64,000 nucleotides of DNA from Minisyncoccota bacterium. Lineage in GTDB: Bacteria; Patescibacteriota; Minisyncoccia; Phycocordibacterales; UBA9973. A program made the position numbers and the translations under genes. The notes below the pieces were generated by a model. The model was not told the origin of the DNA. It did no database searches and saw only the letters and a list, made by a program, of their open reading frames with translations. The DNA lies in NCBI GenBank assembly GCA_041661005.1, contig JBAZVG010000001.1, forward strand, positions 607,515 to 671,514, read 5' to 3'. Positions within the stretch are counted from its first letter, which is position 1. Every line of letters begins with the position of its first letter. Below are positions 36,617 through 46,293 of this stretch, piece after piece.

Positions 36617-37255
36617 ATGAAACATGTAAAATACATTTTAATACTTATAATACTAGTTGGTATATTTGGCACAATAACGCAGGTGAGTGCGCAAGGTTAC
36701 CGAATTGGAGACACAAGCACACAATCAGGCACAACAGCTGCAGATGCGATAAATGTGCAAAATGCGCGACAAATATTGAATAATCCTAATTCTACTCCAG
36801 CGCAAAGAGCTACGGCCACTGCGCAAATTAATGCAATAAATGCACAAGCGGCGGCGGCAAATCCGCCACCAACTCAAACACCATCCACTCCAGCAAACAC
36901 AAAATATCAGCTTTTGGCTCCATTGCCCGATCCATATAACAACAATCAACTGAAAAAAGAAATCAACACGACAAGCGGATTTGGCGCATATCTAAATCTG
37001 ATGATAAAAATATTTATAGGTCTTGCCGCAGTTTTGTCTGTGGTAATGATTGTAGTGGGTGGGTTAGAAGTTATGACAAGTGAGCTTTCTCACACTAAAA
37101 CAGCAGGTAAGGAAAAAATAGCGCACGCCATCTTGGGACTTGTTATAGCCCTGGGAGCTTACGCGCTTCTTTATACGATAAATCCAGACTTATTAAAGAG
37201 CGATCTGTGTATTCATCCACAAGTTTTTCAAAATGGAAAATGTGTTAATCCATAA
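36617..37255 (+). CDS. pilin-like protein (VirB2/TrbC-like candidate): signal peptide plus two hydrophobic helices
   Basis: Signal peptide, Ala/Gln/Pro-rich linker, two TM segments. Confidence 0.4.
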   Translation: MKHVKYILILIILVGIFGTITQVSAQGYRIGDTSTQSGTTAADAINVQNARQILNNPNSTPAQRATATAQINAINAQAAAANPPPTQTPSTPANTKYQLLAPLPDPYNNNQLKKEINTTSGFGAYLNLMIKIFIGLAAVLSVVMIVVGGLEVMTSELSHTKTAGKEKIAHAILGLVIALGAYALLYTINPDLLKSDLCIHPQVFQNGKCVNP

Positions 37256-37257
37256 TT

Positions 37258-38844
37258 ATGCCAAAAAGAAATTTCGTACTTTTAATAATAGTTCTGGTAA
37301 TCGCGGTAATTGCGATTTTTGGATTTTATTATTTTCAGCCGGAAACAACCGAGCCGGGAAGTGAGAATGAAAACACTGGTACAAATTTTATCTCACAATT
37401 CAATCCATTTGGAAGCAAAAAGGAACCCACAGAAACTGTCACACCTTCGGTTGAGGTCTCAGGCTATCAACCTCCTGTTGAAGACATACAAAAAAAACTA
37501 AATAAAGTTTCAACTATGCCCGTAGCAGGATTCACGGTTTTTTCCAAAGAAAGGTTAAAAGAAATACCGATAATAGTGCCAACAACAGCCCCAAGCATTC
37601 CCTACAACTTCGGTTCTGTTACTCTCAAAAATGGAAGCACTGGTGAAGCAGTTATGGAAATTCAAAGATTTTTAAACAATACGCTTGATCTTAGTTTAGA
37701 GCTTGACGGTATATTAGATGCGGAAATAATTACCACAATTAAAGAGTGGCAAAGTAATAATGATTTAGTTGCCGATGGTATCGTCGGCGCAAAAACAAAA
37801 GCGATGATGTACTCATCGGTAAATCAAGAAATAATAACAACGAAACCAAAAAAGCCATTGACTGAATTCGCGTCCGCCTTGAGATATGTTGACAGAGCGA
37901 CTGGAAATATTTACCAAACCTTCGCTGATAAAATCGAAGAAAAAAAATTCTCTGCGACCATAATACCAAAAGTGCATGAGGCATTCTTTGATAGCAAAGG
38001 AGAGTCTGTAATTATGCGTTATCTAAAAGAAGATGAGAGAACTATAGAAACTTTTGTCGGAACACTTCCGAAAGAATTGTTGGGAGGGGAGGCAAAAGAC
38101 AGTAATGAAATCAAGGGAACTTTTCTTCCAAATAATATCAAAGACATAAGCATGTCGCCCGATGGTTCGAAGATATTCTATTTATTCAATGTTGGAGACA
38201 GTGTAGCGGGCGCCACTTTTAGTTTTTTAAATAACAAAAAAGCTCAAATATTTGATTCTCCTTTTACAGAATGGCTGTCATTTTGGCCAGCTAAAAATGT
38301 TATTACCCTCACGACCAAACCTTCCGCCAATGTCCCCGGATACATGTATAGCATTGATGGGGCTGGTAAAAATTTGACCAAAGTGCTGGGTGGCATAAAC
38401 GGGTTGACTACACTAGGAAGCCCGGACGGAAAATTAATTCTTTACAGCGACAATAATTTATCACTTAATATTTATCATACAGATACAAGGAGTTCGGATC
38501 TATTAGGAATAAAAACTCTGCCAGAAAAATGTATCTGGAATAAAGGGGGGAAAGCAAACGATGTCATCTACTGCGCAGTGCCAAAATCTATTAACCTAAA
38601 CCAATATCCAGATGTTTGGTATCAAGGAGAAATATCTTTTAACGATCAGATTTGGAAAATAGATGTCAAAACAGGAAATGGAACAATGATTGTAGACCCA
38701 ATCACTGTCGATAGGGGACCTGCCTCATCGAGTCAAGGCATAGGAGAAATCGATGGCATCAAGCTTGCCTTGGATGAAAGTGAAAATTATTTATTTTTCG
38801 TGAACAAAAAAGATTCTTTTCTCTGGAAATTGGATTTGGAATAA
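37258..38844 (+). CDS. membrane-anchored protein with PG-binding domain and TolB-like beta-propeller repeats
   Basis: N-terminal TM; GEAVMEIQRFL...DGIVGAKT; SPDGSKIFY / SPDGKLILY repeats. Confidence 0.55.
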   Translation: MPKRNFVLLIIVLVIAVIAIFGFYYFQPETTEPGSENENTGTNFISQFNPFGSKKEPTETVTPSVEVSGYQPPVEDIQKKLNKVSTMPVAGFTVFSKERLKEIPIIVPTTAPSIPYNFGSVTLKNGSTGEAVMEIQRFLNNTLDLSLELDGILDAEIITTIKEWQSNNDLVADGIVGAKTKAMMYSSVNQEIITTKPKKPLTEFASALRYVDRATGNIYQTFADKIEEKKFSATIIPKVHEAFFDSKGESVIMRYLKEDERTIETFVGTLPKELLGGEAKDSNEIKGTFLPNNIKDISMSPDGSKIFYLFNVGDSVAGATFSFLNNKKAQIFDSPFTEWLSFWPAKNVITLTTKPSANVPGYMYSIDGAGKNLTKVLGGINGLTTLGSPDGKLILYSDNNLSLNIYHTDTRSSDLLGIKTLPEKCIWNKGGKANDVIYCAVPKSINLNQYPDVWYQGEISFNDQIWKIDVKTGNGTMIVDPITVDRGPASSSQGIGEIDGIKLALDESENYLFFVNKKDSFLWKLDLE

Positions 38845-38975
38845 AATTCCAAAACTTGTTGCAGGTGTAGTTTTAGATAGACATTGCGCAGGCTGTCGAG
38901 CCGAGCATAGCAAATTTTCAGCAGAAAATTATGTCGTGTCTAGATAAAACTATACCAAGAAAGAGTTTTGGAATT

Positions 38976-39485
38976 TTATATTCCCCCAACATACTTGATC
39001 ACCACTCGACGAGTATGCCCCATGCCTGTTGATTCAGTTTTTAAATCTATTGCGTCGGACAAAAATTCATGAACAATCCTACGTTCAAAAGCCGACATTG
39101 GATCGACTTCAATACTTGATTTGAAATATCTAGCCCGTTCTCCCATCATATGAGCTATCGCGCGGATATTTTCTACATGCTTTTTTTGATAGCCATTTAT
39201 ATCGATAATAATTCCCAAGCCGGACTGTAATTCCTTCCCAATCGTCTGACCTTTACTTAAAGAAGCGCGGGAAGCGGGATCTCTGGCTTCAATAATCCTG
39301 TGAACTAAATGATTTAAAGCATGCAACCCCTCGCCATCCCCTGAAATGAAAAAATGCGGTTCACTGACTTCCGCCGAAATCCACATATTTTTCGGTCCGT
39401 CTTCGGTAATTGAAATTTCTTTCAGTTTTATTGAAGTTTTTTCAATTAGTTCCTTTATTAAGCTTTGAATTTCATCTTTTTTCAT
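38976..39485 (-). CDS. jag: Jag/KhpB-type RNA-binding protein (KH + R3H)
   Basis: Conserved position downstream of yidC; R3H motif region. Confidence 0.75.
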   Translation of the reverse strand: MKKDEIQSLIKELIEKTSIKLKEISITEDGPKNMWISAEVSEPHFFISGDGEGLHALNHLVHRIIEARDPASRASLSKGQTIGKELQSGLGIIIDINGYQKKHVENIRAIAHMMGERARYFKSSIEVDPMSAFERRIVHEFLSDAIDLKTESTGMGHTRRVVIKYVGGI

Positions 39486-39487
39486 TT

Positions 39488-40222
39488 TTATTTTATAACT
39501 ATTTTGAAATTCTTCTCTTTTTTAACATAAATCTGCTGGGCCACCATAAACAAATTGCTTGTAATCCAGTACAACGCCACCGCTCCGGAAATGCTATAAG
39601 CTATAAATGCCACAACAAATGGAAAAACGTATTTCATCTGCATTTGCATGCTCTTGGCAAAACTTTCCGAGAAAGAAATAGCAGATCCACTGGCGCTTGG
39701 TGTGGAAGCAGGTTTTGGCATAAAGTGCGCCTGTAAATACTGAGATACTCCGGCCAAAATTGCTAAAACCAGGCTTTTTTTACTTATATCTAGAATCCCT
39801 AAGAAAATCATGTTGGCGTGCTCTGGCGCGTGGACAAAAGAATAAAGCAATCCACTTTGGAAATTTATCCCTTTATAAAAAACATAATACAGAGCAAAAA
39901 TTATGGGAATTTGAACCAAAACCAGAAGACAGCCAGAAAAAGGATTTGTGTTGTGTTTTTTGTAAAGTTCAAAAGTAAGGCGCGCTTGTTCTTCCTTGCT
40001 TGCCCCGCTTGCTTTGATTCTGTTAAGCTCAGGCGCGAGAATGTTCATCTCGGCTTGGCTTTCAATGGACTTCTGAGACAGCGGAAAAAGTATGACTTTA
40101 ACGAGAATAGTAAGAATTATAACGGCTAACCCGACATCTCCGCCGGGAATAATCGAAACCAAAAAAGCCAATGCGTTTAATAAAGGCTGATATAAAATAG
40201 CGTTCCAGATATTTGAAAGCAT
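39488..40222 (-). CDS. yidC: membrane protein insertase YidC (short form)
   Basis: TM core and motifs; genomic context rnpA-yidD-yidC-jag. Confidence 0.85.
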   Translation of the reverse strand: MLSNIWNAILYQPLLNALAFLVSIIPGGDVGLAVIILTILVKVILFPLSQKSIESQAEMNILAPELNRIKASGASKEEQARLTFELYKKHNTNPFSGCLLVLVQIPIIFALYYVFYKGINFQSGLLYSFVHAPEHANMIFLGILDISKKSLVLAILAGVSQYLQAHFMPKPASTPSASGSAISFSESFAKSMQMQMKYVFPFVVAFIAYSISGAVALYWITSNLFMVAQQIYVKKEKNFKIVIK

Positions 40223-40262
40223 CTTTTCATTCTATATGAAAAGATGAAAAAACGCCAGAAAG

Positions 40263-40484
40263 TTAAATTACCGGGTCAATATGATTTTTTTGCCACGGAT
40301 GACAGCGTAAAATTCTCCAAAATCCCAAATAAAGACCTTTCAAGACACCATATTTCGCTATAGCTTGTTTAGTGTATTCTGAACAAGTAGGATAAAACAC
40401 ACAGCTACGTTTAAAGAAAATAGAAATGTATTTTTGGTAAAAACTAATTAATTTTTGCAAGTATAGTCTTAATTTCATTTTCAA
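40263..40484 (-). CDS. yidD: membrane protein insertion efficiency factor YidD
   Basis: LISFYQKYISIFFKRSCVFYPTCSEYT motif. Confidence 0.85.
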   Translation of the reverse strand: MKMKLRLYLQKLISFYQKYISIFFKRSCVFYPTCSEYTKQAIAKYGVLKGLYLGFWRILRCHPWQKNHIDPVI

Positions 40485-40770
40485 GTATTAAAATATCTTC
40501 TTGATATTTTTTAAAAACAAAAACACCGGTAATCCCAAGAGGGAACTGGTTTATATATTTTTCCAAAACACGATATCCTAACCTTCTTAGAGAATTCCTT
40601 TTGACAGCCAATTTGACAACACTTTTTGGAGCGATAAAAGAAATTTTTACTTCTTGATTCCCTTGATCTTTAAAATACTTAAACGTCAAACTTGGAGAAA
40701 CTATAAATTTTCCTTCTTTAAAAATTTTCTCTATTGCCTTTTTATCGGCTCTATGTTTCTTTTGGAGCAT
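40444..40770 (-). CDS. rnpA: ribonuclease P protein component
   Basis: 108 aa, basic; RNase P protein motif RLGxxVxKK...; position downstream of rpmH. Confidence 0.85.
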   Translation of the reverse strand: MLQKKHRADKKAIEKIFKEGKFIVSPSLTFKYFKDQGNQEVKISFIAPKSVVKLAVKRNSLRRLGYRVLEKYINQFPLGITGVFVFKKYQEDILILENEIKTILAKIN

Positions 40771-40783
40771 GTATCTTTTATTC

Positions 40784-40866
40784 TCCTCTTTGAGGAGTAC
40801 CCTTTAGGGGGAGGTGGATGAATTTTCCACCCCGTCTCGCAAAAGCGAGCCACCCCTCAAGAGGGG
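40784..40866. repeat. palindromic repeat family 4 copy in the rpmH-rnpA spacer
   Basis: cctctttgagg ... cctcaagagg; inner hairpin ctcgc-aaaa-gcgag. Confidence 0.7.
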
Positions 40867-40869
40867 AAT

Positions 40870-41004
40870 CTAAACAGATAACTTTTTTCTGCCTTTTTGA
40901 CGTCTCCTCTTCAACACTTTCTTGCCAGTCTTGATTCTAGATCGAACTAAAAATCCATGGCTTCGAGCTCTCTTTCTTTTTTTAGGTTTGTATGTAAATG
41001 ACAT
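40870..41004 (-). CDS. rpmH: 50S ribosomal protein L34
   Basis: 44 aa [44 protein letters not shown] matches the L34 consensus; absent from the ORF track because it is shorter than 60 aa. Confidence 0.85.
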   Translation of the reverse strand: MSFTYKPKKRKRARSHGFLVRSRIKTGKKVLKRRRQKGRKKLSV

Positions 41005-41155
41005 ATATCCAATACTATAATAAAATTAAACATTAGGCAACTAGGTGAATGACTTCATTAAAAAATTTGGAAGTTGCGTTATACACAGATTATCAACAAG
41101 TTTAATAACTTTCAATAAGTATCCAACATTTTACAAATAGTATAATATGTAACCA

Positions 41156-42505
41156 ATGAATACAAAACAACTTTGGAAAAATTGCCTGACAGAAATCGAA
41201 GCGGGGGTGTCAAAGGCAAACTTTAGCACATGGTTTAAGAACACATGCATTATAAAAGAGGAGACGGGTATCGTTTATATCGGCGTGCCAAATGAGTTTG
41301 TCCGCGATTGGCTTATAAACAAATATCACAAACTCATCACCAAAACCATAGCTGATGCCTATGAAAACATGCGCGCAGTGGAATATACCATCACTAAAAT
41401 AGAAGTAGACAAGCAGGAATCAGCTCCAGTAGGGGAGAATGCAAGTTATGTGAACAAAGAATTGCCCCTAAAAGACCTCTACATCAACCCTGAAGACAAT
41501 TTAAACCCTCGTTATCATTTCAATTCTTTCATTGTCGGATCTTTCAATGAACTCGCGTATGCGGCCAGTCTCGCCATAATAGACAGCCCCGGTACTAAAT
41601 ACAATCCATTCTTTATCTATGGAGGCACCGGCCTCGGCAAAACTCACTTGATTCAAGCAGTGGGAAATTCAATAAAAGAAAAATATCCAAACAAAAAAGT
41701 GCATTATATGACTTTGGAGAAATTTGCTACCGACTTTATAAATTCATTACAGAGCAACAAAGCAAACTCTTTTAAAGAAAAGTATCGCAAATATGATCTT
41801 TTAATCATCGATGACATTCAATTTATCGGAAAAATGGAAAAAATTCAGGAAGAACTTTTCCACACATTCAACACCTTCCACGAAAACAGCAAACAAATTA
41901 TTTTTTCTTCTGATAAGCACCCGAACTACATCCCTGAGCTCGCAGAACGCTTAAAATCCCGCTTTGCCGCTGGTATGATAGTGGACATATCTCCCCCAGA
42001 CTATGAGTCTCGCCTTGCGATTTTAAAAGTGAAATTGCAGGAACTTAACATTGATTTAGATCAGGAGGTATTGGAATATGTAGCTGTTTCAGTTGACGGC
42101 AACATTCGAGAACTTGAAGGGAGTTTGAATATAATAGTCTGTCAGTATCGCTTAAAAAACAGAACTTTGACGCTCACTGAAGTGAAAAATCTACTAAAAA
42201 ATAACATGAAGCCGAAAAAAAATATCGCAATAAAAGATGTTGTAAAGATAGTAAGCGAGTATTACAAGTTGGATGAAGCTTCAATTTACGAAAAAACAAG
42301 AAAAAAAGAGATAGTGAAGGCAAGGCAAGTGGTTATGTATTTACTTCGAGAAAATTTTAATGTCTCATATCCCCTAATTGGACAAAAACTTGGTGGAAAA
42401 GATCACACGACTGTGATTCACTCCTGTTTAAAAATTAAAAACGATCTAAAAACTGACCCACAACTTTTACAGGAATTAGAGCAAATACGAATAATGTTCA
42501 AATAA
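41156..42505 (+). CDS. dnaA: chromosomal replication initiator DnaA
   Basis: Walker A GGTGLGKTHL, AAA+ domain, C-terminal DNA-binding domain. Confidence 0.93.
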   Translation: MNTKQLWKNCLTEIEAGVSKANFSTWFKNTCIIKEETGIVYIGVPNEFVRDWLINKYHKLITKTIADAYENMRAVEYTITKIEVDKQESAPVGENASYVNKELPLKDLYINPEDNLNPRYHFNSFIVGSFNELAYAASLAIIDSPGTKYNPFFIYGGTGLGKTHLIQAVGNSIKEKYPNKKVHYMTLEKFATDFINSLQSNKANSFKEKYRKYDLLIIDDIQFIGKMEKIQEELFHTFNTFHENSKQIIFSSDKHPNYIPELAERLKSRFAAGMIVDISPPDYESRLAILKVKLQELNIDLDQEVLEYVAVSVDGNIRELEGSLNIIVCQYRLKNRTLTLTEVKNLLKNNMKPKKNIAIKDVVKIVSEYYKLDEASIYEKTRKKEIVKARQVVMYLLRENFNVSYPLIGQKLGGKDHTTVIHSCLKIKNDLKTDPQLLQELEQIRIMFK

Positions 42506-42636
42506 TTAAAAGTTATTAGACTTAAATTAAAAACAAAAAACTATATACAACCTTATGAAATATAAGCGAAAAAAGTTATCCACTTATCAAGGTATCTAAT
42601 AGTATTAATAGATTATATATATAAAATTATAAACAT
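42506..42636. other. candidate oriC segment (DnaA box TTATCCACT at ~42577 plus an AT-rich unwinding region)
   Basis: dnaA-dnaN spacer; a second cluster of imperfect boxes lies upstream of dnaA (41060-41110). Confidence 0.45.
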
Positions 42637-43734
42637 ATGAAACTAGAATGCAAAACTGAAGAAATAAAAAATAAAATTTCACAAGTAGAAAGAATTACTG
42701 GAAAGAATTTAACTTTACCTGTTTTAAATTCAATTCTTTTGATTGCGTCTGGTAAATCATTAAAACTCAGATCTACAAATCTAAGTTTAGGTATTGAAGT
42801 TGAAATCCCTGCCAAGGTGGAAAAGGAAGGTATTGTTGCTATTTCTGGGTCAGTATTAAATGGTATTTTTTCTAATGTTTTTCAAAATGAGAATGTTTAC
42901 TTTGAAAGCGTGGATGGTAATCTGTTAATTCAAACAAAGAAGAGTAAAATAAAACTTAAAGGCCAACCACACGATGATTTTCCAACAATACCAATGGTTT
43001 CTGGAACAAGTTTTGAGATAGATTCTAAAAAATTAGTAGATGGGATAAAATCCGTTTACTATAGTTCATCTTCATCAGATATAAAGCCTGAAATATCAAG
43101 CGTTTTCATGCACACCCAGGAAGATAATTTAATATTTGTTTCCACTGATTCATTTAGGTTGGCAGAGAAGAAAATAAAAATAAAAGGACTTCCTGAAATA
43201 GGAGGTATATTGATTCCATATAAAAACATCTCTGAAATTCTAAGAGTTTTTGGGGAATTATCTTTGACCGTAAAGGTATGTTTCAATAAAAACCAAATTT
43301 CCTTTTCATCCGATGGTGTGTATCTGACTTCACGAGTGATCGATGGAGTTTTTCCAGATTATCGTCAAATTATCCCCAAGACTTCAGGAACCAGCGCTGT
43401 TGTGCTCAAACAGGACATGTTGAATGCGCTCAAGATTTCAAATATCTTTTCAGATAAATTTAATCAAGTTAATTTAAGAGTTTCACCGCAGGAGAAAGTC
43501 TTTGAGCTTTCATCTATCAACAATGACATCGGAGAAAATAAAACGTATCTAGATGCCGCCTTAACCGGAGAGGACGTCGAACTTGGTTTTAATTACAAAT
43601 ACTTTCTAGATTGTTTCCAGTCTATCGCCACCGACAGCATGTCCATAAAATTCTCTGGAGTTAGCAGTCCTTTGATGGTGTCTCCGGTCTCCGATTCGTC
43701 ATTTACGTATCTTATTATGCCGATGAATAGGTGA
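42637..43734 (+). CDS. dnaN: DNA polymerase III beta sliding clamp
   Basis: 365 aa; three-domain clamp; conserved synteny with dnaA. Confidence 0.9.
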   Translation: MKLECKTEEIKNKISQVERITGKNLTLPVLNSILLIASGKSLKLRSTNLSLGIEVEIPAKVEKEGIVAISGSVLNGIFSNVFQNENVYFESVDGNLLIQTKKSKIKLKGQPHDDFPTIPMVSGTSFEIDSKKLVDGIKSVYYSSSSSDIKPEISSVFMHTQEDNLIFVSTDSFRLAEKKIKIKGLPEIGGILIPYKNISEILRVFGELSLTVKVCFNKNQISFSSDGVYLTSRVIDGVFPDYRQIIPKTSGTSAVVLKQDMLNALKISNIFSDKFNQVNLRVSPQEKVFELSSINNDIGENKTYLDAALTGEDVELGFNYKYFLDCFQSIATDSMSIKFSGVSSPLMVSPVSDSSFTYLIMPMNR

Positions 43735-43735
43735 T

Positions 43736-46273
43736 CTATTGCTCCACTTTAAATACCGAAACAGCTTCACTTTTGTTGTAGACGCTGTCTTGAGCAACTA
43801 TTCGCAATTCGTTTTCTGCCTGCAAGTCTTCTAACTCTTTGGGAATAAAAGAAAAACCGGAGATGGAATTGGAGGTTCCCAAGAATATATTGTTTACAAA
43901 AATATCTATTTTAGTGAGCGGATAACGACTGAAATTTGAAATTTTTATATTTATTCTTTGGTTGGGTTGATAAGTCGTAATATTGTTTGGCTCAATGATA
44001 GAGATGACTGGTTTTGATGAATCAGTATGCACGTCATCCAACATAGTTGGTTTTTCACTAGCGGTAATTGTTCTATATTTTCCTTTATTTTGCGCCCACC
44101 AATCTTGGATGGGTATTTCCCAATGATTAAATTGAGAATTGCTAGTTGGGTTTGAAGGCACCGGTCCTAAAATATCGCTTCTATCTATCCAATAGAGAAT
44201 CGAATGCATGTTGGTTATAACTTTTTCCTGCAAAGTTTCCTTTGGGGTGTTTTCGGTTGCCAATTTTCCCGAGATTTTGTCGATGAAGAAGTTTTCATTT
44301 CCCTGCCAGTTTCCTCGGATCGCTGGTTTTACTGTGGTTGGGTCAGCATCTAGATTTGGTTTGTCAAATTTTTCATTTGGCAAAGTTTTTAGCGCCTCGT
44401 TTATAAATTTATTCCAGATCGGACCTGCCACAGCCACGCCTCCTTTTTTCATCGGCGTGTTGTCGTTGTTTCCTGCCCAGACGCCCACAGCGATGGAAGG
44501 AGTATAGCCGATAGTCCAAGCGTCTTTATTGTTGTTTGTTGTTCCGGTTTTTACAGCCACATCATGTCCGGGGATGAGAAGAGCTGAATGCTGTCCGAAG
44601 GTTGGGATGCGCGCTTTTTCATCCGACAGGATGTTTGAAATAGTTAGCGCGGTATTTTCAGGCAGAACTTCTCGTGTATTTGTCTTAAATTCTTCTAAAA
44701 TTTCTCCACTGCTGTCTTCGATTTTTAAAATTCCAGTGTAGGGATTGCGAATACCGTTATTTGCAAAAACACTATAAGCTGATGTCATATCGAGGAGGGA
44801 AACTTCTCCACCTCCGATGACAAGTGTGAGTCCATATCGGCCGATATCGCCCAAAGTGCTGATGCCCATGTCTTCTGCTGTTTTCAGTGAATCTGAAAGA
44901 CCTGCCAAATAGAAGAGTTTTACCGCTATGAGGTTGATCGATTGCGCTAAAGCATCTCGGAGGGTCATCGGCCCGCGGAATTTTCCATCGTAATTGTCTG
45001 GCATGTAGCAATCTTTCTGATTGTGTCCGGGAAGAGCCTTGCCGTAAGCGTTGCAAGTGGTCTGAAATTCTGTAGGCAGGTCAAACAGCGTTGTGTCTGG
45101 GGTAAAGCCCTTGTTGAAGGCTGTGGCGTATATAAAAGGCTTGAAGGACGAACCTGGCTGTCTAGAAGCAGTAGCTACATTGAAGTTTCCATCTATTTCT
45201 TTATCAAAATAATTTCGAGAGCCGATCATTGTCAAAATCTGTCCAGTTTTCGGATCTATCGCTACCAAGCTGGCATTTTTTCCGTTCCAATTTTCTTGAT
45301 TTATCAATGCGCCTTCATTTACGATTTGTTCCCCTTTTTGTTGCAGATCATAATCCAAGGTTGTCGTGACTTTAAGCCCGCCCTTTTCTACCATTTCGTT
45401 GCCATATTTTTGTTCGAGGTAATCTTTAATAAAGAAAACAAAATGTGGAGCCTTGATTCCGTTTGATGCTTGGGGAACAAACACCACGACTTCGTTTTTT
45501 GCCTTGTCGTGTTCTTCTTTAGAAATGAAATTTAGTTCCAACATTCTAGCCAGCACTAGATTTTTCCTAGCTTCCAACCTTTCTTTGTTCCTTCCATAAG
45601 GAGACAAAATAGTAGGGGATTGCGGGATCGAAGCCAAATATGCAGCTTCAGCGAGGGTTAAATAGAGCGGTTCTTTATTGAAATAAGTCTTACTCGCTTC
45701 TTCTATTCCGTAAATGTTTCCACCATAAGGAGCCTCGTTCAAATAATATTCCAAGATTTTTTCTTTTGGCATCGATCCGTCTATTTTGACCGCTAAAAAC
45801 CACTCCTTCATTTTTCTGACATAGCTGACTTTTTGCGTCAGAAGGGTGTTTTTCACCAATTGCTGGGTTATCGTCGAACCTCCTCCACCTATTCCAATGT
45901 GAAATATATTAGAAAGAACCGCTCGGATGGTGGAAGTTATCCGCACTCCTTTGTGGTTATAAAATTCGGAATCTTCAATAGCCACCGTGGCGTTTTTGAT
46001 GTTTATTCCCATTGCATCTCCCGAGATGTCTGTTCTTTTTGTGTCTCGATGCATGTCGTAAAGCAAGATTTCTCCTGTCTTGTCATATATTTTGATGGAA
46101 TTCTGTATTTTTCTGTCGTTGAAAGAATTAAAATCTGGAATCTTCATAGAAGAAATCAAAAGCATTAGCATTCCAAGCGTTAAAATGAAAATACTGACCA
46201 AAAGCACTATCAAATTCTTCCAGAATTTCTTGTTTTTTGCGATTTCTTTGAAAGCTCGAAATATTTTTCTCAT
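43736..46273 (-). CDS. class A penicillin-binding protein (transglycosylase + transpeptidase; PBP1A-type)
   Basis: N-terminal TM, GT51 motifs (GGSTITQQ), transpeptidase SxxK/KTG motifs, C-terminal extension. Confidence 0.9.
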   Translation of the reverse strand: MRKIFRAFKEIAKNKKFWKNLIVLLVSIFILTLGMLMLLISSMKIPDFNSFNDRKIQNSIKIYDKTGEILLYDMHRDTKRTDISGDAMGINIKNATVAIEDSEFYNHKGVRITSTIRAVLSNIFHIGIGGGGSTITQQLVKNTLLTQKVSYVRKMKEWFLAVKIDGSMPKEKILEYYLNEAPYGGNIYGIEEASKTYFNKEPLYLTLAEAAYLASIPQSPTILSPYGRNKERLEARKNLVLARMLELNFISKEEHDKAKNEVVVFVPQASNGIKAPHFVFFIKDYLEQKYGNEMVEKGGLKVTTTLDYDLQQKGEQIVNEGALINQENWNGKNASLVAIDPKTGQILTMIGSRNYFDKEIDGNFNVATASRQPGSSFKPFIYATAFNKGFTPDTTLFDLPTEFQTTCNAYGKALPGHNQKDCYMPDNYDGKFRGPMTLRDALAQSINLIAVKLFYLAGLSDSLKTAEDMGISTLGDIGRYGLTLVIGGGEVSLLDMTSAYSVFANNGIRNPYTGILKIEDSSGEILEEFKTNTREVLPENTALTISNILSDEKARIPTFGQHSALLIPGHDVAVKTGTTNNNKDAWTIGYTPSIAVGVWAGNNDNTPMKKGGVAVAGPIWNKFINEALKTLPNEKFDKPNLDADPTTVKPAIRGNWQGNENFFIDKISGKLATENTPKETLQEKVITNMHSILYWIDRSDILGPVPSNPTSNSQFNHWEIPIQDWWAQNKGKYRTITASEKPTMLDDVHTDSSKPVISIIEPNNITTYQPNQRINIKISNFSRYPLTKIDIFVNNIFLGTSNSISGFSFIPKELEDLQAENELRIVAQDSVYNKSEAVSVFKVEQ

Positions 46274-46293
46274 TGGTAGAATTATAGCAGAAA

